From assembly GCA_963762525.1 (NCBI GenBank), contig CAVXKT010000007.1, positions 21,303 through 85,302 of the forward strand: DNA of 64,000 nt, given 5' to 3'. Position 1 is the first letter of the stretch. The number at the start of each line of letters is the position of its first letter. Position numbers and translations under genes: made by a program. The notes beneath the pieces are model-generated. The model was not told the DNA's origin. It saw nothing but the letters and a program-made list of their open reading frames with translations, and searched no databases. This document shows, in pieces, positions 10,026 through 19,493 of the stretch. The DNA is from an uncultured Pseudomonadota bacterium (GTDB taxonomy: Bacteria > Pseudomonadota > Alphaproteobacteria > Acetobacterales > Acetobacteraceae).

Positions 10026-11188
10026 TGCGCCCCGGTGGTTTCCGGATCGGCCCGGGTCGGGGCCTCGGCGCCGCCGATGCGATAGGTTTCGCCCAGGAAG
10101 CGGGTGATGCCTCGCTGGGTCACGTGACCCCGGAACCGCCCCTCGCCATCGATGCAGGCGAGCCAGCTCACGTCATGGGTGAACATGAGCGAGACGGCGG
10201 TGCGCAGATCGTCGTCGATCCCGACCGCGACCGGAAGCGCCTCGGCGTGCTCGGTGCAGCGCCCTTGCCGCGCCGCGCCGTCGGTGCGCCGGATCTGCCC
10301 GGTCGGGCGGCCCTCGCCATCAACCATCACGATGTGTTCGTTGTCGTGCTCGTTCATCAGCCGCCCGGCGGTGTCCAGCGTATCGTCGCCGCGCACCGAC
10401 GGCGCCTCCTCATGCATGACGCTGCCGACGCGCACCAACCGCAGCCGCTTCAGCGTGCGGTCGCCGCCGACGAAATCGGCGACGAAGCCGTTGGCGGGAT
10501 GCGCCAGCACGTGATCGGGCGTGTCGTACTGTTCGAGCCGACCGCTGCGGAACAGCGCGATGCGATCGCCCATCTTCACCGCCTCGTCGATGTCGTGGCT
10601 CACGAACATGACGGTTTTGCGCAGCGTCTTCTGCATGCGCAGGAATTCGTCCTGGATGATCTCGCGGTTGATGGGATCGATGGCGCCGAACGGCTCGTCC
10701 ATGATCATCACCGGCGGGTCGGCTGCCAGCGCGCGCACCACGCCTACCCGCTGCTGCTGGCCGCCGGACAGCTCGCGCGGATAGCGCTTGAGGAACACCG
10801 CCGGGTCGAGGGCCACCAGCTCCAGCAACTCCGCCGCCCGCTTGCGCGCCTTGCGGTCGTCCCAGTTGAGCAAGCGGGGAACCACGCAGATATTGTCCTC
10901 CACGGTCATGTTCGGGAACAGCCCGATTTGCTGGATCACGTATCCCATGGTCCGCCGCACCATGACCGGATCGAGCTCGTCGGTGTCGCGCCCGCCGACC
11001 AGGATTTTGCCGGAGGTTTTCGGGATCAGGCGGTTGACCATCTTGAGCGTGGTCGTCTTGCCGCAGCCGGACGGGCCGAGCAGGATGCAGATATCGCCCT
11101 CCGGCACGTGCATGTTGATGCGGTCGGCGGCGATGACCTCGCCGGCCGGGGTGGCGAAGGTCTTGGTCAGTTCCTGCAGCTCGATCAT
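10022..11188 (-). CDS. Osmoprotectant ABC transporter ATP-binding protein with C-terminal CBS pair (OpuCA/ProV-like)
   Basis: Walker A GPSGCGKTT, signature LSGGQQQRV, Walker B VMIMDEPF. The C-terminal ~130 aa is CBS-like. 4-nt overlap with the downstream permease. Confidence 0.9.
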   Translation of the reverse strand: MIELQELTKTFATPAGEVIAADRINMHVPEGDICILLGPSGCGKTTTLKMVNRLIPKTSGKILVGGRDTDELDPVMVRRTMGYVIQQIGLFPNMTVEDNICVVPRLLNWDDRKARKRAAELLELVALDPAVFLKRYPRELSGGQQQRVGVVRALAADPPVMIMDEPFGAIDPINREIIQDEFLRMQKTLRKTVMFVSHDIDEAVKMGDRIALFRSGRLEQYDTPDHVLAHPANGFVADFVGGDRTLKRLRLVRVGSVMHEEAPSVRGDDTLDTAGRLMNEHDNEHIVMVDGEGRPTGQIRRTDGAARQGRCTEHAEALPVAVGIDDDLRTAVSLMFTHDVSWLACIDGEGRFRGHVTQRGITRFLGETYRIGGAEAPTRADPETTGAH

Positions 11189-11192
11189 GCGC

Positions 11193-11852
11193 TCACCTCG
11201 CTGAGACCCGGAGCCCGGTCGGGGTCAATCCGCGCTGCAACCACAGCAGCCCGTAATCGGCGACCACCGCGAGCACGCTGACGGCGAGCGCGCCGGCAAT
11301 CAATTGCCGCGGGTCGGTCTGCGAGATGCCGCGGCTGATCAGCGTTCCGAGCCCGCCGGCGCCGATATAGGCGGCGATCGCGGTGACGCCGATGTTGATG
11401 ACGACGGCGATCCGCACCCCGGCCATGATGACCGGAACGGCGAGCGGGATCTCCACCCGCCACAGCCGTTGCGCCGACCGCATCCCCATGCCGCGCGCCG
11501 CCTCGCGCAGCGCCGGGTCGATGTTGGTGATGGCGGTGTAGGTGTTGCGGATGATCGGCAGCTGCGAATAGAGCAGTACGGCGATGACCGCCGGAAGATA
11601 GCCGATGCCCTGGCCGATGATCGAGAGCACCGGGATCAGCAGCCCGAACAGCGCGATCGAGGGGATGGTCATGACGATCGCCGCGATATAGAGGACCGTA
11701 TTCGCGACCCGACGGTTCAAGGTGATGGCGATGCCGATCGGCACCCCGGTGAGGATCGCCAGGCCTACGGCGACGCCGACGATGGCGATGTGCTGGACCG
11801 CCAGACCGATGATGATGCCGAAATTCGCGTAGATAAAGCGAAAGGTTTCCAT
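11193..11852 (-). CDS. Osmoprotectant ABC transporter permease (OpuCD/YehW-like)
   Basis: 219-aa membrane protein with EAA loop EAARGMGMRSAQRLWRVEIPLA. First gene of the four-gene transporter operon. Confidence 0.85.
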   Translation of the reverse strand: METFRFIYANFGIIIGLAVQHIAIVGVAVGLAILTGVPIGIAITLNRRVANTVLYIAAIVMTIPSIALFGLLIPVLSIIGQGIGYLPAVIAVLLYSQLPIIRNTYTAITNIDPALREAARGMGMRSAQRLWRVEIPLAVPVIMAGVRIAVVINIGVTAIAAYIGAGGLGTLISRGISQTDPRQLIAGALAVSVLAVVADYGLLWLQRGLTPTGLRVSAR

Positions 11853-11980
11853 CCCCGCGGCCCTTCAGGCAACTTGGACGCCCGCCGGCTTGCGACTTCG
11901 ACGAAGCGGGCTCCCGCGAACGTGTCGTGAGTCAAATCGGCTTGCCGACAATATCATCATCCATTCGAGGAGCAGACACA

Positions 11981-13918
11981 ATGGCCGGGCCGCCCGATCC
12001 GCAACTTCGCGAGCCGGCGCGGGTGTCCGCCGTCGGTCTGCCCGGGCTGGACAGCCTGTTCACCCTGCTGGTGGGCATCGTCATCGTCGCTGCATTGTTT
12101 CTCGCCCGCGAGGTGCTGATCCCGATCACCCTCGCGGTGCTGCTCAGCTTTCTGCTGAACCCGCTGGTCAATCTCCTCCGTTTTCTGTGGCTCGGGCGCG
12201 TGCTGTCGGTGCTGCTCGCGGTAGCTCTGGGAATCGTGATGATCCTCGCCGTCGCCGGGCTGATCGGCACCCAGATCGCCGACCTCGCCTCCAAGGTGCC
12301 GGAATACACTGACACCATAAACCACAAGATCGAGGCGGTGCGCAACTACACCATCGGTCATTTATCCGCGGTCATGAACGGGCTCAGCAACCAGACCGCG
12401 GCGACGACCGCGGCGACCTCCGGCACGCCGGCAAACGCCGCGACTTCGCCTGCACCCGCGACGTCGAGCGGACCGAAGCCGATCCCGGTGGAGGTCCACC
12501 AGCCGCTATCGGCGGTGGCGCTGGCGGAAAACGTGCTCAGCCCGATCGTCAGCCCGCTCGCCACCACCGGCATCGTCTTCGTCGTCAGCATCTTCATCCT
12601 GCTGCAGCGCGAGGATCTGCGCGACCGCTTCATCCGGCTGATCGGCTCGGGCGATCTGCACCGCACCACCGTGGCGATGAACGACGCCGCGCATCGGCTG
12701 TCGCGCTATTTCCTCGCCCAGCTTTCGGTAAACGCCGGCTTCGGCTGCGTAATCGGTATCGGTCTGGCGCTGATCGGCGTTCCCAGTCCGGTGCTGTGGG
12801 GCGTGATGGCGATGCTGCTGCGCTTCGTGCCCTATATCGGCTCGCCGATGGCGGCGGTGTTGCCGATCGCGCTGGCGGCGGCGGTGGAGCCGGGATGGGC
12901 GATGGCGATCTGGACGGCGCTGCTGTTCCTGGTCGTGGAACTCGTCACCGGCCAGGCGATCGAGCCGCTGCTTTACGGTCATAGCACCGGCCTGTCGCCG
13001 GTCGCGGTGGTGGTCGCGGCGATCTTCTGGACCTGGATTTGGGGTCCGATCGGGCTCATCCTGTCGATGCCGCTCACGCTCTGCATGGTGGTGCTCGGCC
13101 GCTACGTGCCGCGGCTCGAATTCCTCGATGTGCTGCTGGGCGATCGTCCGGCGCTGACGCCGACGGAAAGCTTTTATCAACGCTTGCTGGCGAACGATCC
13201 GGACGAGGCGCAGGAACAGGCCGAGGAGTTTCTGAAGGAGCACGCGCTCTCGGCCTATTACGATCAGGTGGCATTACCCGGCCTGCAACTCGCCGCCGCG
13301 GACGCCGCGCGCGGGGTGCTGAAGGCCGAACAGGTGGAACAATTGCGCGACTCGATCGAGAGCCTGGTGCGCGAGCTGGACGACAATCCGGATGTAGTCC
13401 CGGCGGAGGCCGGCTCCGGCCCGCACCTGCCGCGCTTCCTCACGCGCCAGCCCGAAGCCGCCGAGCCGGCACCCGAGCTGGCGGCGGAATGGGAGGGCGA
13501 GACGCCCGTTCTCTGCCTGGCCGGGCGCGGGCCGCTGGACGAGGCGGCGGCGATGATCCTGGCCCAGCTGCTCGGCAAGCACGGCCTGAATGCGCGCGTG
13601 CTGCCGCATGTGGCGGCCTCGCGCACGCGCATCGACACGCTGCCGGTCGAAGGCGTGGCGATGGTGTGTCTCGCCTATCTCGAACTCAGCGGCACCCCGG
13701 CGCATCTGCGCAACCTGCTGCGCCGACTGCGTCAGCGCCTGTCCGACCAGCCGATCCTGGTCGGGATGTTGCCATCCGGCGACACGCTGCTCACCGATGA
13801 GCGGCTGCGCTCGGCGAGCGGGGCCGACATGTTCGTGACCAGCTTCCACGAGGCGGTCGATGCCTGCCTGGAGACCGCGCGCCGCGGCCGCCCGCCGCGA
13901 ACCCGCAGCGCGGCTTAG
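11981..13918 (+). CDS. AI-2E (PerM/UPF0118) family transporter with a ~230-aa cytoplasmic C-terminal extension
   Basis: ORF 11927..13918; ATG at 11981 (MAGPPDP) is preferred. Multiple TM helices and the family-typical region FVPYIGSPMAAVLPIALA. The C-terminal part VLCLAGRGPLDEAAAMILAQLLGKHGLNARVL...VCLAYLE looks Rossmann-like. Confidence 0.8.
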   Translation: MAGPPDPQLREPARVSAVGLPGLDSLFTLLVGIVIVAALFLAREVLIPITLAVLLSFLLNPLVNLLRFLWLGRVLSVLLAVALGIVMILAVAGLIGTQIADLASKVPEYTDTINHKIEAVRNYTIGHLSAVMNGLSNQTAATTAATSGTPANAATSPAPATSSGPKPIPVEVHQPLSAVALAENVLSPIVSPLATTGIVFVVSIFILLQREDLRDRFIRLIGSGDLHRTTVAMNDAAHRLSRYFLAQLSVNAGFGCVIGIGLALIGVPSPVLWGVMAMLLRFVPYIGSPMAAVLPIALAAAVEPGWAMAIWTALLFLVVELVTGQAIEPLLYGHSTGLSPVAVVVAAIFWTWIWGPIGLILSMPLTLCMVVLGRYVPRLEFLDVLLGDRPALTPTESFYQRLLANDPDEAQEQAEEFLKEHALSAYYDQVALPGLQLAAADAARGVLKAEQVEQLRDSIESLVRELDDNPDVVPAEAGSGPHLPRFLTRQPEAAEPAPELAAEWEGETPVLCLAGRGPLDEAAAMILAQLLGKHGLNARVLPHVAASRTRIDTLPVEGVAMVCLAYLELSGTPAHLRNLLRRLRQRLSDQPILVGMLPSGDTLLTDERLRSASGADMFVTSFHEAVDACLETARRGRPPRTRSAA

Positions 13919-13933
13919 TTGCGCTCGCCGCGA

Positions 13934-14055
13934 CCCTGATTGCGTACGCGCCGTAGGGGTGTGCGAGTTCTGATTGTGTACACGGTCGAGGGGTGCGCGA
14001 GCCTGATTGTGTACACGGTCGGGGGGTGCGCGAGTTTGATTGTGTACACGGTTTT
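13934..14055. repeat. Tandem array of three 33-34-bp repeats plus one degenerate copy, each carrying the palindrome GTGTACAC
   Basis: Copies at 13956-13989, 13990-14022 and 14023-14055 read ggggtg(t/c)gcgag(ttc/cct/ttt)gattgtgtacacggt.... A degenerate copy ctgattgcgtacgcgccgta lies at about 13935. The array sits between convergent gene ends. Confidence 0.9.
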
Positions 14056-14062
14056 CCGGCGC

Positions 14063-14602
14063 TCAAGCCCTGGTCAGCTCGTACTCCGCCTCCGCCTCAT
14101 ACACCGCCCGGTCCTTGCCGAGGCGAGAGCTGAACAGGGTGAAGTGGCGCACCGGCACCGGGGCGGCGCGAAACAGGCCGTGCGCTTGCAGCCAGGCGGC
14201 GAGCTTGGCCTCGGGCGCATTGTCGAGCCGTGCCAGGGTGACGTGGGGCTGGAACCGCCGCCGCTCCGGCTCCAGGCCGATCCGCTGCAAGGCCGTCTCA
14301 ACCTTGGCCCGCAGATGCTCGAGCGCCGGCGTCCGTTCGACCCCGGCCCACAAGGCGCCGCCGCGGCCGGGTTTCTCGAACACCCCGATCCCCGCGAGCG
14401 TCAGCGGAAATCCGGGCGCCCGGATCGCCGCCAGGGCATGATCGATCTCCTCCGCCTGCCAGCCCGGCATCTCGCCGATGAAGCGCAGCGTCAGGTGATG
14501 GTTGTCGGTCGGCACCCATCGGGCGCCGGGCAACCCGCCCGCGAGCAGCCCCAGAATTTGCCGGAGCGATGCCGGCAGATCGAGCGCGACGAACAGCCTC
14601 AT
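14063..14602 (-). CDS. thpR: RNA 2',3'-cyclic phosphodiesterase (2H family, ThpR/LigT)
   Basis: 179 aa with two HxT motifs (HHLTLRF and HVTLAR). Confidence 0.85.
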   Translation of the reverse strand: MRLFVALDLPASLRQILGLLAGGLPGARWVPTDNHHLTLRFIGEMPGWQAEEIDHALAAIRAPGFPLTLAGIGVFEKPGRGGALWAGVERTPALEHLRAKVETALQRIGLEPERRRFQPHVTLARLDNAPEAKLAAWLQAHGLFRAAPVPVRHFTLFSSRLGKDRAVYEAEAEYELTRA

Positions 14603-15279
14603 GCCGATTTGGCCGGCATCGACTTGGTCTTCGTCGATTTGGCCTCCGCCAGCAGTCGCTCCACCTCCGGCAGGATGCGGGTCACGATCCGCTGCACCGC
14701 CTCGGCGTTCGGATGCAGCCCGTCGGACTGGGTCAGGCCGGGGTCGCGCGCGACGCCTTGCAGGAAGAACGGGTCGTAGATCACCCCCGGCCGCTTGCCG
14801 AGCGCATCGAAGACGGCGCGGTACTCGTGCTCGTAGTCGGTGCCGAGATTGGGCGGGGCATACATGCCGGTGAGCAGGACCGGGATGTGGCGGGCCGCGA
14901 GCTGATCGAGGATCGCCGACAGATTGGCCTTCATCGCCGCCGGATCGACGCCGCGCAGCCCGTCATTGGCGCCCAGCTCCACGATCGCGGCACGCGGAGC
15001 GTCGGCCAGCACCCAGTCGAGCCGCGCCAGGCCGCCGGCGCTGGTGTCGCCCGACACCGCGCCGTCGATCACCCGCACGTCGATGCCATGCCGGGCCAGC
15101 GCGGCGGCAAGTTGCGCCTCGAAGCCCTGGTCCCGCGGCAAGCCGTAGCCGGCGGCGAGCGAATCGCCCAGGATCAGCAGCGGGATCGGCGCCGCCCGGG
15201 CGGCCGGCGCCGCCGGGCAGGCCAGCAGCGCGAAGGCCGCGCTGCGAAAGACGGCGCGCGGGCCATATGAAGCTGTCAT
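14599..15279 (-). CDS. tesA: SGNH/GDSL hydrolase, TesA-like arylesterase/thioesterase
   Basis: Internal ATG at 15279 (MTASYGP..., signal-like). Blocks ILGDSLAAGYG, GANDGL and DGLHPN. Divergent from ybbA as in E. coli tesA-ybbA-ybbP. Confidence 0.85.
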   Translation of the reverse strand: MTASYGPRAVFRSAAFALLACPAAPAARAAPIPLLILGDSLAAGYGLPRDQGFEAQLAAALARHGIDVRVIDGAVSGDTSAGGLARLDWVLADAPRAAIVELGANDGLRGVDPAAMKANLSAILDQLAARHIPVLLTGMYAPPNLGTDYEHEYRAVFDALGKRPGVIYDPFFLQGVARDPGLTQSDGLHPNAEAVQRIVTRILPEVERLLAEAKSTKTKSMPAKSA

Positions 15280-15979
15280 GGATGTCCTGATCCCGTCTTC
15301 GAGCGCCGCAAACCTGGTTCGCGTGCGCGACCTGCGTCTGACCCTGCCTTCCGCCGCCGGACCGGTCAACATCCTGCGCGGTATCGATCTCGACATCGCG
15401 GCCGGCGAGGCGGTCGGGCTGGTCGGGCCGTCGGGTTCCGGCAAGACGAGCCTGCTGATGCTGCTGGCCGGGTTGGAGCGCGCGAGCGGCGGCAGCGTGC
15501 AAATCGGCGGCGTCGAGATCACCGGCATGGATGAGGACGCCCGCGCCCGGCTGCGGCGGGGGATCGGCATCGTCTATCAGGCCTTCCATCTGATCCCGGC
15601 AATGACCGCGCTGGAGAATGTTTCGGTGGCGCTGGAACTCGCCGGCCGGCGTGACGCCGCGCGCGCGGCGACGGCGGCGCTGGCCGCGGTGGGCCTCGGG
15701 CATCGGCTGCGCCATCTGCCGGGGCAGCTTTCGGGCGGCGAGCAGCAGCGGGTTGCGATCGCGCGCGCCTTCGCGGTCCGGCCCCGGCTGCTGCTGGCCG
15801 ACGAGCCCACCGGCAATCTCGATCAGGCGACCGGCGCCGGGGTGATCGAGTTGCTGTTTCGCCTGCGCGCCGAGCACGGCACGGCGCTGCTGCTGATCAC
15901 GCATGACGAGGCGCTGGCCGGGCGCTGCGGGCGGCGGCTTCGCATGGAGGACGGAAAGGTGGGCGGCGGAGGCGTTTGC
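15278..15979 (+). CDS. ybbA: ABC transporter ATP-binding module (YbbA/LolD-like); no in-frame stop before the permease as sequenced
   Basis: Walker [10 protein letters not shown], signature LSGGEQQRV, Walker B LLLADEPT. The frame continues into GTG 15980. A TGA at 15981-15983 lies in the +1 frame. Confidence 0.8.
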
Positions 15980-18483
15980 GTGAGCCTGGCGCTGCGCCTC
16001 GCCGCACGCGAGCTGCGCGGCGGCGTGCGCGGGCTCGGGATCGTGCTGCTCTGCCTGGCGTTGGGCGTCGGCGCGATCGCCGCCGTGGGAAGCCTGCGCG
16101 CCGCCGTCGAGGGCGGGCTGGCGGCGAACGGGCGGGCGTTGCTCGGCGGCGACGTGGAGGTGCAAACCGGCGCCGAACCCCCGCCGCCGGCGCTCATCTC
16201 CTGGCTCCGCGCGCGCGGAGCGCTGGTGTCCGAACTGACGGAGCTGCGCTCGCTGCTGGTGGCGCCCTCGGGTCGGCGGGAGCTGATCGACCTCAAGGCG
16301 GTGGACCCGGAATGGCCGCTGGTCGGCGCCGCCGTGCTGGCGCCGCCGCTGCCGCTCGCTTCGGCGTTGGCGGCGCATGACGGCCGCTTCGGGCTGCTCG
16401 CCGATCCGCTGGTGCTCGACCGGTTCGGGCTGCGGCCGGGGGCGGTGGTGCGGGTCGGCTCGGAAGCCTTCACACTGTCCGCCGCGCTGGTGTCGGCGCC
16501 CGACCGCGTCGCCAGCCCGGCGCTGTTCGGCGCCCCGGTCGTGATCGCCACGGCGGCGCTGCCCGCAGCCGGCCTGGTCGTTCCGGGCGCGATCGTGACG
16601 CACAAGGTCCGCGCCGCGATGCGCGAACGCCCGATCCGGGTCTCGCCGGCGCCGTCGTCGGCCGCCTTCCCCGATCGCGGCTGGCGGGTGCGCGGCCCCG
16701 CCGACGCGGCGCCCGGGGTGGGGCGGTTTATCGACCAGATGGCGCTGTTCATGAGCCTGGTAGGGTTGACGGCGCTGCTGGTGGGCGGCGTCGGCGTCGC
16801 TAGCGGAACCCGGGCCTGGCTGGAGACGCGGGCGCGAAGCCTCGCCATTCTGCGCTGCCTCGGCGCCTCGGCGCGGCTGGTTTTCGCCGTGTGCGCGATC
16901 CAGGCGGGCGGGCTGGCGCTGGCGGCATCGTGCTCGGGCTCGGCATCGGCGCGGCGGTTCCAAAGCTCGCCGCCGGGTTCGTGAGCAGCCTGCTTCCCGT
17001 CCCGCCCGCACCCGGTCCCTATCCGGGACCGCTGCTGCTCGCCGCCGGCTTCGGGACGCTGACCGCGTCCTGCTTCGCCTTGCCGGCTCTGGGCCGCGCG
17101 ATGCGCATCCCCGGCGCGGCGCTTTTCCGTGACGGGTTGATCCCGGACGATGCCCGGATACCCGCGAAGCTCCTGTTGCTGACCGGTCTGATCGGCGCGG
17201 CACTGGTCGGTCTTGCCGTTTGGACCGCCGCCGATCGGCTGTTTGCGCTCGGCTTCTGCGGCGTGGCGTTGGCGGCATTGGCGTTGTTTCGGGTGGGCGG
17301 CGTCGCGCTGGCGCGGGCCGCCGGCCGGCTGCGGTTGCCGGGAGCGGCGGCACGGCTCGGGCTTTCGAGCCTCCGCCGCCCCGGTGCGGCAACGCCGTTG
17401 ATGCTCACCGCGATCGGGCTCGGACTGTGCAGCCTCGCCGCGGTGGCGCTGATCGAGGGCAATCTGCGCAGCGCCATCGAAGACGAGTTGCCGGCGGATG
17501 CGCCGAGCTTCTACTTCGTCGATATCCAGCCCGCTCAACAGGCCCGGTTCGACGCCATCGTGACGGCGACGCCGGGGGCGACGATGGAGCAAGTCCCGAG
17601 CCTGCGCGCGCGGGTGGTCGCCGTGGACGGGATTCCGGCCGAACAGGTGCGGGCCACCCCCGGCACCCGCTGGGCGCTTCGCTCCGAGCACGGGCTCACC
17701 TGGGCCGCCGTCCCGCCTCCCGGCACCAGGCTCGTCGCCGGCAGCTGGTGGCCGCCCGACTATGCCGGCAAACCGCTGGTCTCTCTGGACGCCGGCATCG
17801 CCCGCGGCTGGGGGATCGGGGTCGGCGCGGTGATCCGGCTGAACGTGCTCGGCCGCGACATCGATCTGCGGGTCGCCAGTCTGCGCGACGTGGCCTGGCG
17901 GCGGCTGGGGCTGAACTTTATCATGATCGCCAGTCCCGGCTTGCTGTCGGCGGCACCGCATACCGATATCGCGACGGTGCGGCTGCCCCCGGCCGAGCAA
18001 GGCGGACTGCTCGCCCGGGTGAGCGACGCGCTGCCCAACGTCACCGGGGTGAGCGTCGCCGAGGTGCTGGCTACGGTCGCCGGGCTGTTGCGTCAGATCG
18101 CGGCGGCGCTGGCGGTGACCGGGCTGGTGACGCTTGCCTCCGGCATCCTGGTGCTGGTGGGCGCGGTCGCCGCCGGGCGGCGGCTCAGGATGCAGGAGGC
18201 GGTGATCCTGAAGGCGCTCGGCGCAACGCGGGGGCAGATCCGGATGGCCTGGCTGGTGGAGTTCGGCGCGCTCGGGCTGGTTGCGGGCGTAATCGCGGCC
18301 GCCGTCGGGACGGTCGCGAGCTGGGCGGTGATGCGATTCGTCGCCGGGGAGCCGTTCGTGTTTTTGCCGGGACGTCTGGCGGGAACTCTTGCGGCGGCCC
18401 TCGCAGTCATGCTGATCTTCGGCTATGCTGGTACCGCGGCGGCGCTGCGGGCCACCCCGGCCGCCCGGCTACGCAGTGACTAG
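15980..18483 (+). pseudogene. ybbP: FtsX-family ABC permease (YbbP-like, two FtsX domains), 1-nt deletion near 16922 as sequenced
   Basis: Starts VSLALRLAARELRGGVRGLGIVLLCLALG. The frame is lost after IQAGGLALA. It resumes in ORF 16891..18483 as GIVLGLGIGAAVPKLAAGF... Confidence 0.8.
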
Positions 18484-18565
18484 GGTTGTCGGTTCTTGAA
18501 GCGTACCGGACGATCGCCAAATGTCAGCGCGCGGGCGCGGCCCGCCTGAGAGGATAGAGAATACC

Positions 18566-19339
18566 ATGGCCTACAGTCCAGACTTCCGGACTTTCCCGGG
18601 TGCCCGAGGCAGCGCCGCGAACGCCGCGGTCCTGGATGCCGGGCTGCGGGCATACATGCTGCGCGTCTACAACTGGATGGCGTCCGGCCTGTTGCTGACC
18701 GGAATCGTCGCCTGGTCGATCGCCAACACGGCGGCGATCGACGCCTTCTACCCGGTCGTGTCCACGTCCTACGGGATGACACGCACGGTCGGGCCACTGG
18801 CGATGATTTCGATCTTCGCTCCGCTCGCGTTCGTGCTGGTTCTGAGCTTCGGCGTCAACAAGCTCTCGCGCACCGCCGTGCAGACCATCTGGTGGGTGTT
18901 CTGCGCCGTCATGGGCGCCAGCATCGCCAACATCTTCCTGCGCTACACCGGCGATTCGATCGGCCGTGTGTTCTTCGTCAGCGCCGGCACTTTCGCGGCG
19001 ATGAGCATCTACGGCTATACGACGCGCGCCGACCTCAGCCGCTGGGGCAGCTTCCTTTTCATGGGGCTGATCGGGATCATCGTCGCCAGCCTGGCGAACG
19101 TTTTCTTCCAGAGCAGCGGCTTGCAGTTCGCCGTCAGCGTGATCGGCGTGCTGGTGTTCACCGGCCTCACCGCCTACGACACCCAGCGCATCAAGACCAC
19201 TTATCTGCAGTTCGCCTACGCCGAGGGCACCGATGGTGCCGCCAAGCGCAGCGTCTACGACGCGCTCAGCCTTTACCTCAACTTCATCAACCTGTTCCTG
19301 CTGATGCTGCAACTCTTCGGCGGCAGCAACCGGCGGTAA
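18566..19339 (+). CDS. BAX inhibitor-1/YccA family membrane protein
   Basis: ATG at 18566 is preceded by gagaggatagaga. MAYSPDFRTF...LRAYMLRVYNWMASGLLLTG, seven predicted TM segments, family-typical C-terminus. Confidence 0.85.
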   Translation: MAYSPDFRTFPGARGSAANAAVLDAGLRAYMLRVYNWMASGLLLTGIVAWSIANTAAIDAFYPVVSTSYGMTRTVGPLAMISIFAPLAFVLVLSFGVNKLSRTAVQTIWWVFCAVMGASIANIFLRYTGDSIGRVFFVSAGTFAAMSIYGYTTRADLSRWGSFLFMGLIGIIVASLANVFFQSSGLQFAVSVIGVLVFTGLTAYDTQRIKTTYLQFAYAEGTDGAAKRSVYDALSLYLNFINLFLLMLQLFGGSNRR

Positions 19340-19360
19340 TCCTAAGCCGGTCGAACGAAC

Positions 19361-19389
19361 GGGGCGGCCCGCGAGGGCCGCCCCTTTTT
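19361..19389 (+). terminator. Rho-independent terminator
   Basis: ggggcggccc-gcga-gggccgcccc followed by ttttt, 22 nt after the stop at 19339. Confidence 0.9.
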
Positions 19390-19493
19390 GTTGCGACTCT
19401 GCGATGGCCCGGCATCGAACTGCGGGGTCGCAACGAATTGTTCACCACCCGCCTTTAGAAAGTGCCCGACCGAAAGCGGGAAAGGGCACGGCG

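Noticed and set aside
13934-14055. The tandem 34-bp repeats as a CRISPR array.
   Set aside because: The units are directly adjacent with no spacers. There are only 3-4 copies, and no cas genes are in the window.
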